NCBI GenBank assembly: GCA_965224085.1
Contig: CBDCYI010000005.1
Span: forward strand, 1,536,001 to 1,600,000
Source: Candidatus Marinacidobacterales bacterium
Lineage (GTDB): Bacteria > Acidobacteriota > Vicinamibacteria > Marinacidobacterales > SMYC01
DNA: 64,000 nt
Direction of reading: 5' to 3'
In this document: one piece after another, positions 19,257-28,969 of the stretch
Numbering within the stretch: position 1 is the stretch's first letter
Layout: each line of letters opens with the position of its first letter
Translations under genes and position numbers: made by a program
The notes under the pieces: model-generated
What the model was told of the DNA's origin: nothing
Databases searched by the model: none
The model's input: only the letters and a program-made list of their open reading frames with translations

Positions 19257-19724
19257 TCAGGGTCGCCGGATCCGCATGCCGCGTCCCGCCTCTTCGGGAA
19301 CAGGAAGCTCGCGATGCTCTTCGCGCAGATTGGAGAGCGCTCGAAAGACGTCGTCGGGAAGCTTCGCGGAGCGCCTGTCGCCCATGTCGATGAATATCGA
19401 AAGATGCTCGTTCGTGGCGGCGAGGAAGTGTTCCTCCGCGTGATACATGCGCAGAAAGTAATGCGCCCGCTTCTCGTCGAAATCGAGGAGCTGCAGCGTG
19501 ATGCGGATGGGGTCGCCGAGCCTGAGCTCGTTTTGATAGGTCAAGTGATCTTCGAGCGCGAACATCGATCCCGATTCGCGTGATAGGTAATCCTCGCCGA
19601 GACCGAGAGACTCGAGGAAGCGGTCCGTCGATCGGTCGAAGGCCATGTGGTAATAGGCAACGTTCATGTGGCCGTTATAGTCGATCCACTCGGCCTCGAC
19701 CTTTCCCGTCCAAAGCTCCATCAT
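19257..19724 (-). CDS. hotdog-fold acyl-CoA thioesterase
   Basis: EWIDYNGHMNVAYY. Confidence 0.85.
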   Translation of the reverse strand: MMELWTGKVEAEWIDYNGHMNVAYYHMAFDRSTDRFLESLGLGEDYLSRESGSMFALEDHLTYQNELRLGDPIRITLQLLDFDEKRAHYFLRMYHAEEHFLAATNEHLSIFIDMGDRRSAKLPDDVFRALSNLREEHRELPVPEEAGRGMRIRRP

Positions 19725-19798
19725 TACGCGATTCTATCCGAGCCCGTCACCGTGATAGAAATCGAGAAATCGAGGCGCAAAACTTGGAGGCTCGCTCA

Positions 19799-20259
19799 TT
19801 GAAAAAAGCAATCGGTCGTCGTCAGTTTCTCGGAACCACCGTCGCTCTCGGCGCAAGCACGCGGCTCAACGCAGCACCGAACGGCAATATCGGGCGCGGC
19901 ATGAAAGTCGGCAAAGAAGAAATCATCGCACTCGTCGTCGCACTCGAAGCCTATGTGAAGCGCGACCACGATCAGACATTCGTACGTGGAACGAGAGAGC
20001 GCGGTGGCTGGCAAACGAGCTCCAGAACGTGCCGGGATTGACGGCGGAGTACGCGGTCAACACGAAAGGCTACGGCGATGTCGATCTCAGCTGGGACGAA
20101 AAGGTGATCCCGTTGACGCATGCCGAGCTGCGTCAGCGGCTGATGGCTGGAAGCCCCCGTATGACTTATGACGGGACGACGGTTCGTGTGAGACAAATCA
20201 CAGACGGCGAGGTGCGCGTGGTGGCGCGTCGACTTCGTACGGTTTTCGAGGAACTTTGA
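19799..20259 (+). pseudogene. SelA-like/DgaE PLP enzyme remnant (Tat signal joined to C-terminus)
   Basis: GGAGG RBS; RRQFLG Tat motif directly followed by IGRGMKVGKEEI; frameshift near 19980. Confidence 0.7.
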
Positions 20260-20364
20260 TGCGCCCGCCCATTAACACCAACAACAAGACACCGTATGGC
20301 ACGGGTCTCGGGATGGGGGCGTGATCTAGTACCGATAGTTAGGCTATAGTCGCGCTCACGAATT

Positions 20365-21378
20365 ATGGGCCAAACGATACTCGTCACCGGCGGAGCCGGG
20401 TTCATCGGCAGCGGCTTCATTCACTACCTCACGACCGCTCATCCTGACTGGTTGATCCTCAATATCGACAAGCTGACTTATGCCGGGAATCTCGAGAACC
20501 TTCGTGAAATCGAGGACCGGCCCAACTATCGTTTCATCCAAGGCGACATTTGTGACCGGGAAACGGTCGAGCCGCTCGTCGCCGAAGCCGATTGGCTCGT
20601 GAACTTCGCGGCGGAAACGCACGTCGATCGTTCGATACACGACGCCGGCGACTTCATCATCACGGATGTATTCGGAACCTACGTCCTGCTCGAAGCGTTT
20701 CGCGCGGCGGATCGCCCCAAGCGTTTTATCCAGATCTCGACCGACGAAGTCTACGGTGCCATCGAAACGGGCTCGGCGCGCGAAACCGACATTCTCGCGC
20801 CGCGCAATCCCTATTCCGCGAGCAAGCTGGGCGCCGATCGCCTCGCTTATTCCTACTTCGTCACCTACGGTGTTCCCGTGATCGTGACGCGGGCATCCAA
20901 TAATTACGGCCCACGTCAATATCCCGAGAAAGTGATCCCGCTCTTCGTGACGAACGCCCTCGAAGACCGTCCACTGCCACTATACGGAGACGGCCTGCAA
21001 ATGCGCGACTGGCTCCACGTCGACGACCACTGTCGCGCGATCGACCTAGTGCTCGAGCACGGTATCGACGGCGAAACCTACAATATCGGCGGCGGGCACG
21101 AGCTCACCAACCTGGAGCTCACGAAGACCATCCTTGCACTTCTTGGAAAACCCGAAAGCCTCATCGAGCCCGTCACCGATCGCCCGGGCCACGACCGGCG
21201 CTATAGCGTGGACACCGAAAAGCTGTGCGGTCTCGGATGGAATCCGGAGATACCCTTCGCGAGCGGCCTCGAGGGCACGGTTCGGTGGTATCGCGAGAAC
21301 CCGGAATGGTGGCAGGCGATCAAGAACAAAAGCAAGGAGTATCATGAATTTCAGAAAAAGCACTACGGCACATCCTAG
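20365..21378 (+). CDS. rfbB: dTDP-glucose 4,6-dehydratase
   Basis: TGGAGFIGS, DKLTYAGN, AAETHVDRSI, STDEVYG, YSASK, DRPGHDRRY. Confidence 0.95.
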   Translation: MGQTILVTGGAGFIGSGFIHYLTTAHPDWLILNIDKLTYAGNLENLREIEDRPNYRFIQGDICDRETVEPLVAEADWLVNFAAETHVDRSIHDAGDFIITDVFGTYVLLEAFRAADRPKRFIQISTDEVYGAIETGSARETDILAPRNPYSASKLGADRLAYSYFVTYGVPVIVTRASNNYGPRQYPEKVIPLFVTNALEDRPLPLYGDGLQMRDWLHVDDHCRAIDLVLEHGIDGETYNIGGGHELTNLELTKTILALLGKPESLIEPVTDRPGHDRRYSVDTEKLCGLGWNPEIPFASGLEGTVRWYRENPEWWQAIKNKSKEYHEFQKKHYGTS

Positions 21379-21977
21379 CGTCGCAACCGCCGCTTTGTTG
21401 ATGATCGCATCAACTCTCACGCTCTCATGCTCGTCCCGCAGCGAGCTCTTCGGTACGTGGAGAGAGCCGGACGCATCCCCAGGCCCCTACCGCCGCGTCG
21501 TCGCCATAGCACTCGCTCGCGACGAGAGCACGCGCCGCGTCGCCGAAGACGAGTTCACACGCCGCCTTCCCAAAAGCACGGTAGGCTTCAAGTCCTACGA
21601 GATCGTGCCGAAAGAAGATGAAGGCGACGTCGACAAAGTCTTGGCCAAGCTACGGGCGGAAGGCATCGACGGCGCCGCGGTCATGCGGCTCATCGAGGAG
21701 AACAACAGCGTCGCCTATGACCCAGGCTCATTCTCGCGACCCTACAACACGTTTCACGACTACTACGGCGGGGTTTGGGCATCTTAATTACGACCCGGGT
21801 TATCTGACGACCGAGATTGCGGTGCGCGTCGAGACCGCGTTCTATTCCGTGGCTGACGCCAAGCTCGTCTGGACGGGCTACAGCCAAACGATGAACCCGA
21901 AATCTTCACGCGTCGTCATCGACGACGTCGCCCGCCTCGTGGTCCAAGAACTGAAGCGCGAGCAGATTGTTCGGTAA
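21344..21977 (+). pseudogene. lipoprotein (DUF4136-like), single frameshift near 21780
   Basis: AAGGAG RBS, LTLSC lipobox; continues in another frame as YDPGYLTT..LVWTGYSQT. Confidence 0.6.
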
Positions 21978-22000
21978 TCAGCGGTCAGCAGAATGCTGAT

Positions 22001-22837
22001 CTAATATCTCCAGCTGAGCGTGTTGGCTAGTCGCTCGCCGCCTTTCAGGGTGACGGTCGCCGTCAAGACAACGGCGCCTTGTTCGTGGGCGGGCGTCCAT
22101 CGTCCCCCAACAGAATAGAGCACGGCGCTTTCACGCGCGCCGACATGGGCGATATCGAGGGGCACGCCGCCGCCCGTTTTCTTGCCCGCGAAGGACCAGT
22201 CGAGACGCAGGCTCGTCGCGTCCAAAGCACGGTTGCTGCGATTTACGAGACGGACCTCGAGCTCGTAACTTTGGCCTAGCGCGACTTTGTCCGGGCTCAG
22301 CTCGACCAGAAGATGGGCGGGGCTGGCAGGAAGCGCGGTGGCCCGGTGAACCTTTTCGTCTTCGACGACGAAGCCGGGGACTTCGCTCCATGCCGCCGTC
22401 GGGTCTTCGAATCTTGTTTCGCCGAGCCGAAACCGCTTCTCCGGGCTTTCGATGCGTTGGCTCGACTCGGACGGGGACCGCTCCTCGATAGCGTCGAGCA
22501 GATCCTCACGTTGTGTAGCGAGCTCGGACCAAAGAGCCTGATTGGCCTCGCGAAGCGCCGCGAGCTCTTTTTTGGGGTCGCGGATGGAGGCGATCTTGCG
22601 GTTGGCTTCCTTAATGGCCGTGAGATCCCGGGTGGCGGCGTTTCGAATCGCCGTCAGCTCTCGCTGCTGCCGAGTAAGGTCGAGCGACAGCGCTCGCGTC
22701 CTCGTGTGCGAGTCTTCGTTCACCGCCGAAACGTCGCGCTGCAGCTGCCACATCTGATCGCCGAGTCGCCAGCCGTAAAAACCGACCAACCCCACGGAAA
22801 CGAGCGCGCTCAGACCGATCACAGACAGCGCAGCCAC
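22001..22837 (-). CDS. hypothetical membrane-anchored coiled-coil protein with beta-rich C-terminus
   Basis: N-terminal TM, heptad-rich middle; frame remains open upstream, so start is uncertain. Confidence 0.6.
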   Translation of the reverse strand: MAALSVIGLSALVSVGLVGFYGWRLGDQMWQLQRDVSAVNEDSHTRTRALSLDLTRQQRELTAIRNAATRDLTAIKEANRKIASIRDPKKELAALREANQALWSELATQREDLLDAIEERSPSESSQRIESPEKRFRLGETRFEDPTAAWSEVPGFVVEDEKVHRATALPASPAHLLVELSPDKVALGQSYELEVRLVNRSNRALDATSLRLDWSFAGKKTGGGVPLDIAHVGARESAVLYSVGGRWTPAHEQGAVVLTATVTLKGGERLANTLSWRY

Positions 22838-23214
22838 GAGATAGACGTGATTCCGCCGCAGCTGCTCCCTAAGCTCCTCGAGTTCTTGCTCTAGTTTGCT
22901 CAGAATATGGCTCCGGGTTCGGTTCGGTCTAAAGGGCTTAGGGGTATTGTGGAAGTTTCAGTTTCTGGTTGCAAGCTTCTGTCGGAAGGTCCGCCTTGCT
23001 GCTGCCGGCTACCTGATACCCGGCGCTCCTGTCTCTAGATATGGAACGTCGTCGAGCGCTGCCCGAAGCTCGGCCCCGTCGGCCGCCCGAAGTATCGCGA
23101 CCGCACCATTCGTCGAACCAGAGCGGTAGCTCGCGACGAGCGCGAGATAATCGCTGGGCGTGAGCGCCAGAAGATACGCCCTTTCATGGGAGAACCGACT
23201 CGGGCAGCTTCACG

Positions 23215-23379
23215 CTAGTCCCCTGGAACAGAGGTTCGTGGCCTAAGGCTCGAGGTCATTTTGTGGGCTGGCAAGGCGTGACGACGAAGTCATATTGGGA
23301 TATTTCGAGGAGAAACAACGCAGCCAGCGCGCAAAAGAGCCCGAGATTTAGGTTACGAATCTCTGTTCCAGGGGACTAG
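23215..23379. mobile_element. 165-bp MITE with 25-bp terminal inverted repeats ending in CTAG
   Basis: CTAGTCCCCTGGAACAGAGGTTCGT ... ACGAATCTCTGTTCCAGGGGACTAG (1 mismatch); imperfect pairing continues inward. Confidence 0.85.
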
Positions 23380-24099
23380 CTCATCGAGATATTGCGGGAA
23401 CATCTTCCGCCACGTGACCCAGTCGTGGTGCCATTGCTTGCCCCAAGAATCGACACGGTTCGGAATGCCTTTCGCGCCCAGGAGTTTCGCCATCCCCCAA
23501 GACTCCTCGATGTCTTCGGCCTCACCTTCCCCGGAAGCCAAAAGCACGAAACGCGACCTGAGCTTCTCCAGAAGCTCTCCTTCGAGCCCAGGAAGGAAAT
23601 GAAGCGGCGAGGAGAAATGCCAGTCCTCGGTAGCCTCGGCCCGCAAGAAGCGGTCGAGATTGTAGGTCCCGCTCAAACACACGGCATGGGTGAACGCGTC
23701 CGGGTAGCGGGCCAAAGCCGCTAATGCGTTGAACGCGCCAATGGAAGATCCCGCAGTGATGATACCGATATCATTCGACTGACAGTCTTTCCGGATCGCG
23801 GGGACGAGCTCGTGATACACAAACTGCTCAAACTGATTCTGAACCCGCATGCGGTACGCCGGCGTTCCCTCTTCCATCAACAGCGACTGCCCCGCAACGC
23901 TTTCGCAGGAAAAAATCTTCACACGACCAGCTTCAAGAAGAGGTCCTATAGCGTCTATGACGTGGAAGCGTTCGATCTCCTCGGCATCACCGCCCGCTGT
24001 CGGGAACAGGAGCACCGGCGTTCCCATCTCGCCCCAGCGCACAACACCCACGTCGGTACCGAGGCGCTGTGAGTGCCAGACGGTCTTCTGCTTCGTCAC
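23353..24099 (-). CDS. alpha/beta-hydrolase esterase
   Basis: LLFPTAGG, G-S-S-I-G nucleophile elbow, HDW.TW. Confidence 0.85.
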   Translation of the reverse strand: MTKQKTVWHSQRLGTDVGVVRWGEMGTPVLLFPTAGGDAEEIERFHVIDAIGPLLEAGRVKIFSCESVAGQSLLMEEGTPAYRMRVQNQFEQFVYHELVPAIRKDCQSNDIGIITAGSSIGAFNALAALARYPDAFTHAVCLSGTYNLDRFLRAEATEDWHFSSPLHFLPGLEGELLEKLRSRFVLLASGEGEAEDIEESWGMAKLLGAKGIPNRVDSWGKQWHHDWVTWRKMFPQYLDELVPWNRDS

Positions 24100-25266
24100 C
24101 TATTCGTAAACCATCCAAAGCGGTCCGGGAAAGAGCCATGAAAGCCCCTCGCGCAGGCGATCCCGCCAATTCTCCCAGTTGTGCCCATCCCGAGCTTCGA
24201 CATAGCGGACCTCCATTCCCGTCTTTTGCAGGAACGGAACGATCGATCGATTCTCGTAGATATTCGCTTCATAGGTCCCGCAGCTGATGAAGACTTTCTC
24301 GCTCACGGATTTAGGCTCCGCGCGATAGGCGTTCATGAACTCGACCACAGGATCGAAGGCCGGACCACGCTGATGCTCGCCGATGTCGCTGAACGCGAAC
24401 GAGCCCGATTGCAGCAGAAGACGTCCGTAAAAACCGGGATACCGCCAGGCTGTCGAGAGCGAAGCTACCGCGCCGAAGCTAGCGCCCATGAGTCCGCGAT
24501 AGCGCGGCTGGTTGAGAAGCGGAAGCTCCGATTCGAGAAACGGGACGAGCTCCTCCGTGAGGTAGCGAGCGTGGGGTTGATGGTTCGCGTATTCGGCCAA
24601 GCGTTTTTCCGGATGGGTGAGCGCCACGATCATGCCCGGGATCTCGAGCCGATAAATCAAGTTGTCGAGCACCGTCTTCATGCCCGAATATCTCAGATAT
24701 TCCGGTCCATCATGGACGAGCAGCAACGGATAGCGCCGCGTTGTCCGGAATCGCGCCGGCAAATAGAGCATCACTTTTCTCGCACTACCGAGCGCCGGGC
24801 TCTCGAAAACCATTTCTTTGAGCGTACCCGGGCGCGCCTCCGGGTCTGGCTGGGCCCATTCCGGTATCTCGTATCCCGCTGTATGGCACACCGAGTTCTC
24901 GCCGAACGGATCCGAGGCTTTGTGACTGTTCAGCGGATCGAGCAGCCATTCCATTTTTCCGTGATGAGTTCTCTGGAGCTTGTACTCGATACGTGAGTCC
25001 GGAGGGAGTTCCATGACGAGATACCACAGGTCGGTTCCGACGACGTGCTTGAACTGCTGGGACGAAGGAAGACCGTAGATCCAATGTCCTAGATAGACGG
25101 CTTCCGCAGGTCCTCGGTAGACGAACGTCGTGTAGGAGCCTTCGACGAGGGGAAACTCGTGCGACTCAATGAACGCGTCGATCTCCCCGCGCGTCGGTTT
25201 CTTGTCAGAGACGTCGTGGATCGCGAGCTCCCGCTCGGTGATATCCTCTCGCTCTCGCGTTACCAC
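24100..25266 (-). CDS. Fes-like esterase with N-terminal Ig/CBM48-like domain
   Basis: N-terminal TFVY..LWYL..RIEYK..DPLN..NSV; VYLP-type motif, HDG, GASFG, GHNWENW. Confidence 0.85.
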   Translation of the reverse strand: MVTREREDITERELAIHDVSDKKPTRGEIDAFIESHEFPLVEGSYTTFVYRGPAEAVYLGHWIYGLPSSQQFKHVVGTDLWYLVMELPPDSRIEYKLQRTHHGKMEWLLDPLNSHKASDPFGENSVCHTAGYEIPEWAQPDPEARPGTLKEMVFESPALGSARKVMLYLPARFRTTRRYPLLLVHDGPEYLRYSGMKTVLDNLIYRLEIPGMIVALTHPEKRLAEYANHQPHARYLTEELVPFLESELPLLNQPRYRGLMGASFGAVASLSTAWRYPGFYGRLLLQSGSFAFSDIGEHQRGPAFDPVVEFMNAYRAEPKSVSEKVFISCGTYEANIYENRSIVPFLQKTGMEVRYVEARDGHNWENWRDRLREGLSWLFPGPLWMVYE

Positions 25267-26204
25267 GATGTCACTTTCTCCACGGTGCCGTTGGGGCTGA
25301 GACGAAGCACTTCTTTTTTCGCCGAGAACGTCTCGCCATCGAACGCGATGCAGTCGCCGTCCCCCATGACGACGCAATAATCGGGAAGAAACCGGCTCGC
25401 GAACGAGGCGACCCCATCCTCCTCACTCAAATCGAGACGTTTTTTGCCATCGGGAAGCGCCACGAGTCGCGGGCAGAGACCGAGCCCCTCCTCCAAGACC
25501 TCGGCATTGCCTGGGCCTTGCGGGGGATGGTCGTGAAAGAGGACCACCCGCTCAGTGAGCACCATAGCGCCCGCCGACCACGCGACGATCGTCTTGCCTT
25601 GCGCAAGCTCTTGCATCCCGAACAGACGAAGCCGGTTGAGAAGAACCGCAACATGTCCTCCGGTGATCACTAGCGCAGGCGCGCCTTTGAGAATCGTGCG
25701 TATCTCCTCGCGCTCGCGTGCGATCGCTTCCCGCTCGAGAGGCTTCCACGTCGTCTCGAACTCTCCTCGAATATCGAGAATGCGCTTCAAATGCCAGACG
25801 TCGAGCTCTCGCAGTTGCTCGATCGCATGTTCTTGTTCCGGACGCAGTAGCTCTTCGTGCCCTTCGGCCTTTAGAAGGCGCCTAACGCTCTCGACGACAT
25901 ACGAAAGGCGCAAGTCGTAAAGCCCTTCGATCTCCCGCAGCTTGCGCTGCATCTCACGATGAGCCTCACGGAATTTCGGGTCGTCCCGGAATACCCGATC
26001 GGCGCGGCGGTAGAGTTCGAGATCCAGTGAGCGGCCGCCGAGATACCCGTCGAGCTCTTCGTCCTCGCCTTCACGCTCTTGCCAACCGGCAGTCACGACG
26101 GCGATCGGGCCGTCGGGTAGATCGAGCTTCTCGTAGAGTTCGCCTAGAGTCGGCCTGTGGTATTGCGGCCCCAAGAGCCAGACCGTGCGGTTTTTGGATG
26201 TCAC
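25260..26204 (-). CDS. peptidase S51-like (PepE/cyanophycinase, class I GATase fold) protein
   Basis: VTAGWQE, ITGGH, AWSAGAM nucleophile, GLGL. Confidence 0.7.
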   Translation of the reverse strand: MTSKNRTVWLLGPQYHRPTLGELYEKLDLPDGPIAVVTAGWQEREGEDEELDGYLGGRSLDLELYRRADRVFRDDPKFREAHREMQRKLREIEGLYDLRLSYVVESVRRLLKAEGHEELLRPEQEHAIEQLRELDVWHLKRILDIRGEFETTWKPLEREAIAREREEIRTILKGAPALVITGGHVAVLLNRLRLFGMQELAQGKTIVAWSAGAMVLTERVVLFHDHPPQGPGNAEVLEEGLGLCPRLVALPDGKKRLDLSEEDGVASFASRFLPDYCVVMGDGDCIAFDGETFSAKKEVLRLSPNGTVEKVTSW

Positions 26205-27424
26205 TCTGCTCGGACCTTCACGGTTTCGCCGACGCGGTTCAACATTTGGCGGAGCTCATCGAATTTCGGATGGCGCATGCGGATCCACGCATTCGCCATA
26301 TAGCCGGCCTCGACGGGCTGGGTCGGTTCTCCCGCACGCGGAAGATGATAGTCGATGATCCACTGACCGAGCTCGCTCTCGATCGAGGCGATGCCCTCGT
26401 AGCCGATGATCCTTCCATCTCGTTCGGGACGCAGCGTGATGATACCGGCCGCGTAGGCACGCGACGCCTTCTGGCTCGTGCTCTTGGCTGTGACGGCGAC
26501 GGCCCACTCGCGATAGAGGTCCATCTCGTTGCCGACACTATAGAGATCCCAGGCGCCGACACCTGGCGGCCGGCAGCCGATCTCCGAGAACTTGAGACCC
26601 TTTGGCCCGAAAAACCACTCCATGTGGGTCGACGAGGTTTCGATCCCGAGCAGCGAGATGACTTTCTTGCCCATCTCCCGCACTTGCTTGTAGTCAGGGG
26701 CGGTATCCACTTGATTCGTCGCGATGAACTGCGGCGAGATCCAACGCTCGCGCATCGCTTCGAGAACATTCGGGTAGTAGTGTGAGATGAAGTCGTGAGC
26801 CACTTCACCATCGATGGTGATGGTGTCGTAAAAGCCCTCATGGCCCTCGATGAACTCCTCGACCGCCACGCTCGCGCCTTGATCCACTCCCATCTCGTGG
26901 AGCGCAGCGTCGAGCGCGTCGTCGTTATCGGCACGGGCGGTGCCGGCCGCACCCGCCCCGCTCGGCGGTTTAATGATAACGGGATAGCCCACGGCCGCAA
27001 CGAAATCGCGAATTTCCGATCGGGAGCTGCTGCCCATCGATGGCGCGCAAGCAATGCCACCCTCGCGAAGGACTTGTTTCATCGCGGGCTTGTCGCGGCA
27101 CAAGAAGGCTGTCTTCGTGGACGTCCCCGCGATAGCGCACGCCTCCCGCACATGGGCGGCAGGCAAGATATGCGCCTCGATCGTCGCTTCGAGCCGATCG
27201 ATGGGGAGCTTCGATTGAAGCCAGCGAACCTTCTCAGAAACAGCGCCCTCGTCCACGACCGACGGCACTTGCTCGTAGTGGGTCAACCAGCGCCGGAGCT
27301 CGTCATCGAGCGCTTCTTTCGGGCGCTCGCCAACGCCGGTAACGGTTGCGCCGACTTCGTGGAGGGCTCGGGCGAACTCCCGCTGGTTCTTGGGAAAGCA
27401 AGGCTCGATAAGAACGACATGCAC
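26201..27424 (-). CDS. ATP-grasp ligase (L-amino-acid-ligase-like) A
   Basis: RDKPAMK, IKPPSGAGA, EEFIEGHE, HMEWF, EIGCRPPG. Confidence 0.9.
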   Translation of the reverse strand: MHVVLIEPCFPKNQREFARALHEVGATVTGVGERPKEALDDELRRWLTHYEQVPSVVDEGAVSEKVRWLQSKLPIDRLEATIEAHILPAAHVREACAIAGTSTKTAFLCRDKPAMKQVLREGGIACAPSMGSSSRSEIRDFVAAVGYPVIIKPPSGAGAAGTARADNDDALDAALHEMGVDQGASVAVEEFIEGHEGFYDTITIDGEVAHDFISHYYPNVLEAMRERWISPQFIATNQVDTAPDYKQVREMGKKVISLLGIETSSTHMEWFFGPKGLKFSEIGCRPPGVGAWDLYSVGNEMDLYREWAVAVTAKSTSQKASRAYAAGIITLRPERDGRIIGYEGIASIESELGQWIIDYHLPRAGEPTQPVEAGYMANAWIRMRHPKFDELRQMLNRVGETVKVRAE

Positions 27425-27528
27425 GGCGGCGCCCCACTACAGAGTAGAAGAAGCGCCAATCTATCAGGAACTAGTGACGTTTGGCGACAACCCGCGCGAC
27501 GCTTTATTCCCCGAGCTCTTGAAGCACT

Positions 27529-28944
27529 CTATGGGCCCGAGAGTCGCCGATAGATCGCTACATAGGTCTCAGCCTGGCGTTCCCAGGAAAAATCCTGCGC
27601 CATCCCGTTCGCGACGAGCCGGCGCCAGGACGGGCGGTCACGGTAGAGCTCGAGTGCAGCACCGAGGGCCCAGCGGACACCGTCGGGCTTGTAGTGCTCG
27701 AACACGATTCCCGTGCCCTCGCCGGTAGCGGGATCGAAGAGCTTCACGCTATCAGCAAGACCGCCCGTCTTGCGAACGATAGGAACCGTCCCATATTTGA
27801 GGCTGTACATCTGGTTGAGACCACAGGGCTCGTAGCGGGAAGGCATGAGAAACATGTCCGCCGCCGCCTCGATCCAATGCGCGAGCGGGTTGTGAAAGCC
27901 ACGATAGAAACAGAGGCGATCGGGGTAGTCTCTTTGGAGCGAGGCAAAAAACTCTTCGTATGGCGCCTCGCCGGTGCCGAGGACGACGAGTGACCAGGAC
28001 TCGCGTGACAAGAGCTCGGGAAGAGTCTCGACGAGCAAGTCGAGGCCTTTTTGCGCGGACAAGCGCGTCACCATGCCGACGAGCGGCACATCCTCCGGTT
28101 GCGAAAGGCTCAACTCCTTCAAAAGAGCTTTTTTGTTCTGGTTCTTTCCGTCGAGATTCTTTTCCGTGTAGCGGAACGGAATGAGCGTGTCATTCGCGGG
28201 GCTCCACGTTTCGTAGTCCACGCCGTTCAGAATCCCGACGAGCGCAGCGCGTCGACGTCGCAGGAGCGCATCGAGACCGTATCCTTGCTCGGGGGTCTGG
28301 ATCTCCTCGGCATATGTCGGGCTCACGGTGGAAAGATGATCCGCGTGCACGAGCCCGGTCTTGAGGAAATTGACGATACCGTCCTTTGAATCCCGGGCGT
28401 CGAACGACGACGGGCCTTCGATGCCAATGGCTTTCACGATTTCCGCGAAAAAAACACCTTGGTAGGCGAGGTTGTGTATCGTGAAGAGCGTCTTCGCCTT
28501 GTCAAAGAGGCTCGATGCGGCCCTCTTCAAAAGCAGGGGCACGAGCGCCGTTTGCCAATCGTTCAGATGAAAAATCTCCGGCGCAAAGGCCAAATGGTGG
28601 CAGGCCTCGAGCACCGCACGGCAAAAAAACAAGAAGCGGAACGGCTCGTCCTCGTCGTTCGTATATATGGCCTCTCGTGCGAAAAATCGAGGAGCATCAA
28701 TGAAGTAGACCGGCACGCTGGATCGCGGGAGCATCCCCTTTCTGAGCGCGAAGCCCTCCGTGCTTACTTCGACGGGTTCGAGTCCGTGCGCGGCGCCATC
28801 GATGCTGCCATAGAGCGGCACGAAAACACGCACGTCGTGTCCGAGCTTCCCGAGCGTTCGGGGAAGCGCCTCAGCCACATCGGCGAGGCCGCCTGTCTTC
28901 GCGAAGGGCGTGAGCTCCGACGCGAGAAAAGCGATCCGGAGCAT
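27529..28944 (-). CDS. glgA: glycogen synthase (GT5)
   Basis: KTGGLADV, HLNDWQT, TIHNLAYQG, PSRYEPCGLNQMYS, TGGLADS. Confidence 0.93.
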   Translation of the reverse strand: MLRIAFLASELTPFAKTGGLADVAEALPRTLGKLGHDVRVFVPLYGSIDGAAHGLEPVEVSTEGFALRKGMLPRSSVPVYFIDAPRFFAREAIYTNDEDEPFRFLFFCRAVLEACHHLAFAPEIFHLNDWQTALVPLLLKRAASSLFDKAKTLFTIHNLAYQGVFFAEIVKAIGIEGPSSFDARDSKDGIVNFLKTGLVHADHLSTVSPTYAEEIQTPEQGYGLDALLRRRRAALVGILNGVDYETWSPANDTLIPFRYTEKNLDGKNQNKKALLKELSLSQPEDVPLVGMVTRLSAQKGLDLLVETLPELLSRESWSLVVLGTGEAPYEEFFASLQRDYPDRLCFYRGFHNPLAHWIEAAADMFLMPSRYEPCGLNQMYSLKYGTVPIVRKTGGLADSVKLFDPATGEGTGIVFEHYKPDGVRWALGAALELYRDRPSWRRLVANGMAQDFSWERQAETYVAIYRRLSGP

Positions 28945-28969
28945 GAGAGGGATTATAATCCCTCCCATG
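28942..28969. promoter_or_regulatory. palindromic bidirectional (leaderless) promoter
   Basis: CATGAGAGGGATTATAATCCCTCCCATG: TATAAT on both strands, each 7 nt before an ATG. Confidence 0.7.

Noticed and set aside
19799-20259. selA partner for selD (selenocysteine system)
   Set aside because: SelA-like/DgaE-type remnant with a Tat signal and the catalytic core deleted; no selB or tRNA-Sec seen
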